NCBI GenBank assembly: GCA_965217865.1
Contig: CBDCJO010000002.1
Coordinates: 4,736,001 to 4,800,000, forward strand
Direction: 5' to 3'
Origin: Candidatus Latescibacterota bacterium
Lineage (GTDB): Bacteria; Latescibacterota; UBA2968; SICM01
Length of the DNA: 64,000 nt
The first letter of the stretch is position 1. Each line of letters begins with the position of its first letter. Made by a program: the position numbers and the translations under genes. Shown in pieces: positions 56,769-64,000 of this stretch. Under the pieces are notes generated by a model. The model saw only the letters and a list, made by a program, of their open reading frames with translations, was not told the origin of the DNA and searched no databases.

Positions 56769-59575
56769 GTGCATATCCTCCTGAAGGCATTCCTTTCTTC
56801 TCTACACCCCTCCCCGATGGGGAAAACCTGTGAATCGGAGAAACAGAGAGAATGTTTTCCCCTTCCCCGGTTCTCCGACTCCCCAAAGACAAGGTGTTGG
56901 GTTCCCCGACCCCGACACCTGGCCCCCGGTCCCTGATTATTTTGCTACTTCACAAACACCATCTTCCGCAACGCCACGCTCGTTCCCGCCTCCAACCTAT
57001 ACAGATAGAGTCCTGTCGACACCGAACGACCTGACGCATCCCGGCCGTCCCATCGGGTGTTGTACCTGCCTGCCGAATGGGGAGCGTTTATCAAAACGCG
57101 GACCTCCTGGCCCTGTATGTTATAGATGGTCAGGCGTACCTCAGAGGCCTCGGGCACCGAGTAGCGGATGGTGGTTTCGGGGTTGAAGGGGTTGGGGAAG
57201 TTCTGATCCAGCCCGAAGGACAGGGGCTCGTTGGAATCCAGCGCGAAACGAACATCCGGAGATCCGCTTAACGGATCCAGACCGCCGACCAACCTATTTC
57301 CTACCCGGGTACTGTTCTTGGCCAGCTTCGCGTGTTTGCCCTTACCCTTTTTGGGCACCGGAACATTCAGAATATTGGAGATGTTCCCGGAGGCATCCGT
57401 GGCAAACGCACGGAGGTTGGGCCCAGGCCCGGAGGCGGAAATCAGGTTTCCGTTCGCGTCGAAGACAAACTTCCAGGTGCCTCCTCCGCCGCCATCGTCA
57501 TCATCGTCTTTACCCCCACCCTTCACGACGAGCTTCACCTTCTGTCCATCGGTCACCGGGAAACCGCCCTTCTGGATCGCCGCGTTCAACAGGTCCTCCA
57601 GCAGTTGCTGATCCGGCCCTTTGAGCTCCACCTTGATCTTATTCTTCTTGAACTTGATCTTGATTTCGTTTTTGACGTTGCCCCCGCCGTCATCGTCATC
57701 GTCGCCGCCGCCTTTCTTTTTCTTGAATTTCAGCTGAAACTGGTCTGTCGGGCCAAGAGGGTGGACGATACAGGCGGTTTCCACGGGATTTGGATCGCAC
57801 AGGTCGGTCCCCAAAACCGACACCATGAAGAGGTTTCCGCTTCCGCCATCGTCGTCGTCATCATCCCCGGAACCGCCTACCCGCATCAATGCGGCCTCGA
57901 TTTCGGGGGGGGTGTTGTCCACGATCGTCACGTTCTGGGTCGCCGTCGAGGTGTTGCCGCTGGCGTCTTCCGCTGTCCAGGTTACCACTATCGTGCCCAG
58001 AATGATGGCGGGTGCATCGTTGGTGACGGTGGGGAAGGGGTCACAGTTGTCGATAGCCGTGGCAATACCGATGCTCAGGGCCTGTCCGCCCTGGCCAGTG
58101 CACTCCAAGGCGAGGTCCGCAGGCACAGTCAGAACCGGGCCTGTGATGTCCTGAACGACGATATTCTGCGTCTGCGTCAAGGTGTTCCCGTTGCCGTCAT
58201 CGTAGGTCCATGTCACCAGGGACGTTCCTTGAGTTGAACGGGTCAGGGGGTCGGTTGTGGTCCCAGTGATGGTCCCTGAGCAGTTGTCGGTCGCCGTAGG
58301 GGCTGTGCTGATCGTGGCCGAGCACTCGCCAGTGGCAGGTGCTAGGGACGGCAGATCGGCAACCGGTGCCGTGACGTCATTCACGACGATGTTCTGCGTC
58401 TGTGTCGTGGTGTTGCCGTTGCCGTCGTCGTAGGTCCATGTCACCACCGACGTCCCCTGAGTTGCTCGGGTCAAGGGGTCGGTTGTCGTTCCGGTGATTG
58501 CCCCGGCGCAGTTGTCGGTTGCCGTGGGCGGGCCGGCGATCGTGGCTGAGCATTGGCCTGTCGCGTCCGCCAGGGACGCTGCATCGGCCACCGGGGCAGT
58601 GTTGTCCTCCACGACGATGTTCTGCGTCTGTGTCGTGGTGTTTCCGTTTCCGTCGTCGTATGTCCATGTCACGACGGACGTCCCCTGAGTTGCTCGGGTC
58701 AAGGCGTCGGTTGTCGTTCCGGTGATTGCCCCGGCGCAGTTGTCGGTTGCCGTGGGGGCTGCTCCGATCGTGGCCGAGCATTCACCTGTGGCAGGTGCTA
58801 GGGACGCCAGATCGGGAACCGGATCTGTGGTGTCCTCCACGACGATATTCTGCGTCTGTGTCGTGGTGTTGCCGTTGCCATCGTCGTATGTCCATGTCAC
58901 GACGGACGTCCCCTGAGTTGTGCTGGTTAGATCGTCGGTCGTTGTCCCATTGATTGCTCCTGCGCAGTTGTCGGTTGCCGTTGGGGCTGCGCCGATCGTG
59001 GCCGAGCATTCACCTGTGGCAGGTGCTAGGGACGCCAGATCGGGCACCGGATCTGTGGTGTCCTCCACGACGATATTCTGCGTCTGTGTCGACGAGTTGC
59101 CGTTGCCATCGTCGTATGTCCATGTCACGACGGACGTCCCCTGAGTTGTGCTGGTTAGATCGTCGGTCGTTGTCCCATTGATTGCTCCTGCGCAGTTGTC
59201 GGTTGCCGTTGGGGCTGCGCCGATCGTGGCCGAGCATTCACCTGTGGCAGGTGCTAGGGACGCCAGATCGGGCACCGGATCTGTGGTGTCCTCCACGACG
59301 ATATTCTGCGTCTGTGTCGACGAGTTGCCGTTGCCATCGTCGTATGTCCATGTCACGACGGACGTCCCCTGAGTTGTGCTGGTTAGATCGTCGGTCGTTG
59401 TCCCATTGATTGCTCCTGCGCAGTTGTCGGTTGCCGTTGGGGCTGCGCCGATCGTGGCCGAGCATTCACCTGTGGCAGGTGCTAGGGACGCCAGATCGGG
59501 CACCGGATCTGTGGTGTCCTCCACGACGATATTCTGCGTCTGTGTCGTGGTGTTCCCGTTTCCGTCGTCGAAGGT

Positions 59576-61003
59576 CTAGCAGCCCGTTGAAGAACTACCT
59601 TTCAACACACATAAACGGAAAAGACGCCTGGAGTGCGGGTCGGATAAATCAAGGTAAGGAGATTGAGCAGGAGACGCTGATAAGAGGTTAAAAAGGTGAC
59701 CGAGGGCAGCAAAGCGTGATTGTAGGACGAGCAGTAGACGCTGCAAGGCCTTGGCCAGGTCCTGGAGGGCCTTCGGAGTACCTACGCCCATCACTTTGCG
59801 CATGAGCAGAGCCAGGTTGCAGCCCCCGATGTGGATCAGCAAACGCTTGAGGATATTGCCGCGGTCTCTCAAGTGCAACCTGCGCATGCCACCGGTATCA
59901 TATGTGTGAGCGATGGTTCTTTCCACCCGTTCTGCACGACTTCGGCGCAAGGCCTTGCCGCGATCTCCCTTGATCCGGCGTCGATTCGCATATACCGCGG
60001 CCTGCTCATCTCGTCGGCCGTTCCACTTGCGGCGTCCCCGATCCGGTTCTGAAATGTAACTCCGGATGCCGCCTTGCTTCAGACTGGTCAATACATCGTT
60101 GCTATGATATCCTTTGTCCGCAACCACCTCCCGTATACGCTGTCTGTGCAAACGTTTGGCAGCTTTTTCGTCCTTCGCGACCTGCTTGAGATTGAGCTGC
60201 GCCTCGAGCAGCGTCCAGGACAACGACTCGGTATCTCCTTCATCTGCTCCCGACAACGCCACTGCCACAATGGCATTGGTGTCCAGATCCACCGCGTGCT
60301 CCACCTTGTGCGCCATGTGCGTGCGACCGTCCTTCATCTTAGCGATCTTGGCATCCGGGTCGTGCGGGTGCTCCCAGTCCTGGTTCGATCCCTTCTTCGG
60401 TCGCTTCTTATCGATCTTGGACAAGTCCTCGCGGGTAGGCGTTTCAATGCCCGAGGCCTTGGCCAGATTCTCAAGGAATGCCTGGTAGCCTTCACCCGTG
60501 TCACGGCGTACAATGCTGCGCATCGCGGCGTTGGCCTCCAGTGTCGTAGCATCCACGCCCAACGTCTTCCCCTTCACCAGACCCGCTTTGCACAAGACCC
60601 TCAGGATCCACTTGAAAACCGCTTCGTGAACTTCCAAGGGAAGCCGATGCCGGATGCGAGACAGGCTGGAATGATCCGGGGTCTGTTCGTCAAGGGCATA
60701 CCCCAAAAACCGGCGCAACGTCAGCGAGTCAGATACACGCCATTCGATCCCACGTTCCGAATCAAGTCCCTCGAAATACCCAATCAAAAGCATCCGAAAA
60801 TAAACCCCGGGCGGAATGCCCTTGCGACCCATATGAGGAGCGTAATACCGCTGGCAAAGCCCTTCGACGAACTCGTCGAACCCGTTCGCCTCCAATACCT
60901 GATTCAGCTTCTCGTAGAACGGATGACCCGGAGATTTCACCAAAGTGTTCGATGCGATGAACAGGTTTTCCTGTCTCTGTCGTCCTCGTTTTCCCATTGC
61001 CAT
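59576..61003 (-). CDS. DDE transposase, apparently intact; stop codon supplied by the target site
   Basis: 475 aa, reads through the TIR (...SSSTGC) into the TAG of the CTAG duplication. Confidence 0.93.
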   Translation of the reverse strand: MAMGKRGRQRQENLFIASNTLVKSPGHPFYEKLNQVLEANGFDEFVEGLCQRYYAPHMGRKGIPPGVYFRMLLIGYFEGLDSERGIEWRVSDSLTLRRFLGYALDEQTPDHSSLSRIRHRLPLEVHEAVFKWILRVLCKAGLVKGKTLGVDATTLEANAAMRSIVRRDTGEGYQAFLENLAKASGIETPTREDLSKIDKKRPKKGSNQDWEHPHDPDAKIAKMKDGRTHMAHKVEHAVDLDTNAIVAVALSGADEGDTESLSWTLLEAQLNLKQVAKDEKAAKRLHRQRIREVVADKGYHSNDVLTSLKQGGIRSYISEPDRGRRKWNGRRDEQAAVYANRRRIKGDRGKALRRSRAERVERTIAHTYDTGGMRRLHLRDRGNILKRLLIHIGGCNLALLMRKVMGVGTPKALQDLAKALQRLLLVLQSRFAALGHLFNLLSASPAQSPYLDLSDPHSRRLFRLCVLKGSSSTGC

Positions 61004-61106
61004 TTGCTCGTCCTCCCTTCTCAGTTTGAACCTGATATATCATAGGACCAAACCACAAGGAAAGACAACAGTCATCTTGGCATAAACGCACTTTTTCAAC
61101 AGGCTG
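59580..61106 (-). mobile_element. IS1182/IS5-type insertion sequence, copy 2 (1527 bp)
   Basis: Same TIRs as copy 1; CTAG duplication at 59576-59579 and 61107-61110. Confidence 0.96.
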
Positions 61107-64000
61107 CTAGGTCACGACGGATGTCCCCTGAGTTGCGCGGGTCAAGGCGTCCGTCGTGGTTCCAGTGATGGCTCCGGCGCAGTTGTCGGTCGCCGTTGGC
61201 GCCGCGCCGATCGTGGCTGAGCATTCACCTATGGCATCAGGGAGGGACGCCAGATCGGCAACCGGTGCAGTGAGGTCCTCCACGACGATGTTCTGTGTCT
61301 GCGTCGTGGTGTTGCCGTTTCCGTCGTCGAAGGTCCACGTCACGACGGACGTCCCCTGAGTTGCGCGGGTCAAGGCGTCGGTTGTCGTTCCAGTGATTGC
61401 CCCTGCGCAGTTGTCCGTGGCCGTGGGCGACGCGGCGATCGTAGCTGAACACTCACCTGTGGCATCCGCCAGGGACCCTGCATCCGGAACCGGGGCAGTG
61501 ACGTCATTCGCGACGATGTTCTGTGTCTGTGTCGTGGTGTTTCCGTTTCCATCGTCGTAGGTCCATGTCACGACGGCCGTCCCCTGAGTTGTAAGGGTCA
61601 AGGGGTCCGTTGTGGTCCCGGTGATGGTCCCTCCGCAGTTGTCCGTGGCCTAAGGAGGATCACTGATCGTAGCCGAGCATTCACCCGTGGCGTCCGGGAG
61701 GCTCGCGACATCAGGGGCTGGAGCTGTGACGTCGTCCACAACGATGTTCTGCGTCGTGGTGTTGCCGTTTCCGTCGTCGAAGGTCCATGTCACCACCGAT
61801 GTTCCCTGAGTTGTAAGGGTCAAAGCGTCCGTCGTGGTCCCGGTGATGGTCCCTTCGCAGTTGTCGGTGGCCGTGGGTGTTTCGCTGATCGTGGCCGAGC
61901 ATTCACCTGTGGCATCCGGCAGGGTCGCCACATCAGGAGCCGGCGCCGTGACGTCGTCCACAACGATGTTCTGTGTCTGCGTCGTGGTGTTGCCGTTTCC
62001 ATCATCGTAGGTCCAGGTCACGACCGACGTCCCCTGAGTTGTGCTGGTCAAGGCATCCGTTGTGGTCCCGGTGATGGTTCCTTCGCAGTTGTCGGTGGCC
62101 GTGGGTGTTTCGCTGATCGTGGCCGAGCATTCGCCTGTGGCATCCGCCAGGGCCGCCAGATCTGGAACCGGCGGAGTGGTATCCTGGACCACCACGATCC
62201 TTGTCGCAGAACCTGTGTTTCCGGATGCATCCGTGGCTGTATAGGTTATGTTGTAGTTGCCGGGTGTGCTCGTATCCAGGCTGTCGAGGGTTGTAACTGC
62301 CAGGTCGCCGTCGCATGCATCATTCGCAGTTGCCCCGGGATCGGTGTAAGTATCCCCGCACTCCACGGTATCCGGGCTGGCACCGTTCATTGTCACCACC
62401 GGCGGTGTGGTGTCCTCGACGGTCACTTCCAACGAATCTGTGGCCGTGACTAGCCCATCGCTTACAAGCAGAACGATCGTATGGGTTCCAAGCGGGAGGG
62501 TTACCGCAGGGCCCACACCGCTGGCGGATCCGCCGCCCTCTGGAAACGGACCGGTCCAGCTGTAAGACAGAGGGGAGGGGCCGTTGTCCGGATCATTTGA
62601 CCCGGAGCCATCCAGGGTCACGGACGCCCCGCTGGCAGATGTGCACTCCACCGCATTGGGACCGGTCTGGTCCGGTCCGGCTTCGGCCACCGGTGGGTCG
62701 TTCAGGGGGGTGCCGGTGCTGTTCAGGTTTACAACCCCGATACAACTGTTCGGGTCGTTCAACAGGAAGATCTCGACCAGTCCGTTGGTCAGACCCGCAA
62801 CGGTCGGATTATACTCCACCGTGATGGACTGAGATGCACCTGAGGCCAGAACAAGGGGAGACGTGGGGGTGACCGTCGGACTGACGATCGAAAACTGGGT
62901 CGGGGTAGTGTTGGGAAATGTGAGTATGTCGTAGGGACGGGCCCGGATGTTGATGATGGTGAGGTCCCCGGGTCCGGGGTTGGTGATCGAGAAGTTTTCG
63001 GTGGCCGAACCGCCGATCGGGACGGCCCCAAAGTTGATGGTGCTTAAGGGGCCCGGAAGGCTGCCGTTATCCGGAAATGGATCTGCCGATGTTCCATATA
63101 CTGTGAACTGCATGCTGGAGATGTTCATGGGACCGGTGAAGGTCCCGCTGAAGTCTCCGTCCAGGAACTGGCTGAGGGTTCCAGGATCGAGAGAATTCAC
63201 TTGCGCGGATGTCCTTGGAGGATTGCCGATTGGATCACCATTTCCCTGTCCCCCAAATGTGTTGATAAAATAGGATTCACCCGGGTCCCAGAGATCGCCT
63301 TCGAAAACAAGGCACAATCTGACCTTGTCCACTGTGCTGAACGTGCCGCCAAAATTGACGGTAAAGTTGCCGGCCAGGTCCAGATTTGCCAGTTCTGAGA
63401 CCACAACGGGCTTTGGTCCTAATTTTGAGACGAAAGCATCTTGACCACCCCCGCCGTGAGAATTTTGAAAAGGATTTACTAGAGGCAGGAAACCCCCGTC
63501 ATCCCCGGTTATGTAGGCACTGCCGGAAGGATCCACGGCAATTGCCTTTCCCTCCGCCCTTCTGCTCCCAAGATAAGTGGAGTAAATAGGAGATCCGGAG
63601 GTATTTAACTTCGTCACAAACGCATCTTCGCTTCCTTTTAGCGAAGTCTCTATGGGACTCAATGTGGGAAAATTGGTCGAACTGGTACCCCCGGTAACAT
63701 AGGCGTTTCCAGATCCGTCCAGAGAAATCCCACGTCCGAAATCAGTGCTACTCCCCCCCAGGTAAGTGGAATAACTCAAAACAGATCCGGAAGCACCCAA
63801 TTTCGTCACAAACGCGTCGAAACCACCACCAAGAGAAGGCTGAAATGGACTTTCCGTCGGATAGTCATTTGATCCCGTGCCTCCGGTTATGTACGCGTTT
63901 CCGAAAGCGTCAACGTCAATTGCTTCGGCCTGGTCATTACCAGTGCCACCGATGTATGTGGAGTAGACCAATCCAGATCCGGATGGATTTACCTTCGTCA

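Larger units (their letters stand above)
58154..62186 (-). repeat. Eleven tandem 228-bp (76-aa) HYR-like repeats, with the IS inside
   Basis: Unit D.T.PVPD...GECSATI...PTATDNC.G.ITGTTTD.LT..TQGTSVVTWT.DDGNGN...QTQNIVV. Span 4033 minus 1531 (IS + TSD) = 2502 = 11x228 - 6. Confidence 0.93.
56945..64000 (-). pseudogene. Giant secreted surface protein (SBBP propeller repeats, Ig-like, PKD, DUF5011, HYR-like repeats, FlgD-Ig C-terminal domain), disrupted by TAG codons and an IS; 5' end outside the window
   Basis: YSTYLGG/DAFVTKL repeats; PPVAEAGPDQ..VTLDGSGS; YTDPGATA; C-terminal LDQNFPNPFNPETTIRY...WDGRD...GLYLYRL. The three ORFs join in frame once TAG 61650-61652 and the IS are accounted for. 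Confidence 0.88.

Noticed and set aside
2622-61652. Genome-wide TAG reassignment (code 15 or a full Pyl code)
   Set aside because: About ten genes end at TAG at natural C-termini (e.g. RKMVFVK* at 56945, the FAH gene, btuC-like, DUF5069), with junk beyond where checked. In-frame TAA and frameshifts also occur, and the TAGs align to different residues (W, probably Q, T).
58154-62186. CRISPR array or DGR template/variable repeats
   Set aside because: The units are contiguous in-frame 228-bp coding repeats with no spacers; there is no cas or reverse transcriptase gene and no evident adenine-specific variation.
1-64000. tRNA, rRNA, prophage or anti-phage defence genes
   Set aside because: None recognised by eye; tRNAscan-SE, Infernal and DefenseFinder would be needed to exclude them.

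Overview
GC-rich bacterial chromosomal window. A FlgD-Ig C-terminal domain, a dockerin/EF-hand-like tail and a FliG_C-domain paralog suggest an FCB-group organism such as Latescibacterota; this is inference only. Main content: (i) an SbnI/SerK-like putative serine kinase, a DHDPS/Zn-ADH/2-hydroxyacid-dehydrogenase cluster, a thrC-like gene and a membrane-anchored tandem-FliG-domain protein; (ii) hpnCDE squalene genes; (iii) a cobalamin-riboswitch salvage operon (TonB receptor, BtuG-like propeller with EF-hand tail, pduO, DUF71/Dph6-like ATPase, cobU/T/S), followed by a Zur-type module (Fur-family regulator with a palindromic box, ZIP, DUF169, COG0523), glutaminyl cyclase, lgt, a flagellin remnant and btuDFC-like genes; (iv) two copies of a 1.53-kb IS1182/IS5-type element with YTAG target duplications, and a 220-bp MITE splitting fliN; (v) M48 protease, porin, a GH38-like protein lacking the His-x-Asp Zn motif, ferredoxin, CxxA thioredoxin, REC-HDOD, ABC pair, glgB, pyk, FAH and Gfo genes; (vi) two toxin-antitoxin pairs with broken toxins; (vii) a giant SBBP/PKD/HYR-repeat surface protein gene disrupted by amber codons and an IS. 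The most striking cross-window signal is about nine gene lesions. Three of the four amber codons sit in CTAGG, as expected from CCAGG 5mC deamination, and one of those is also the IS target site.
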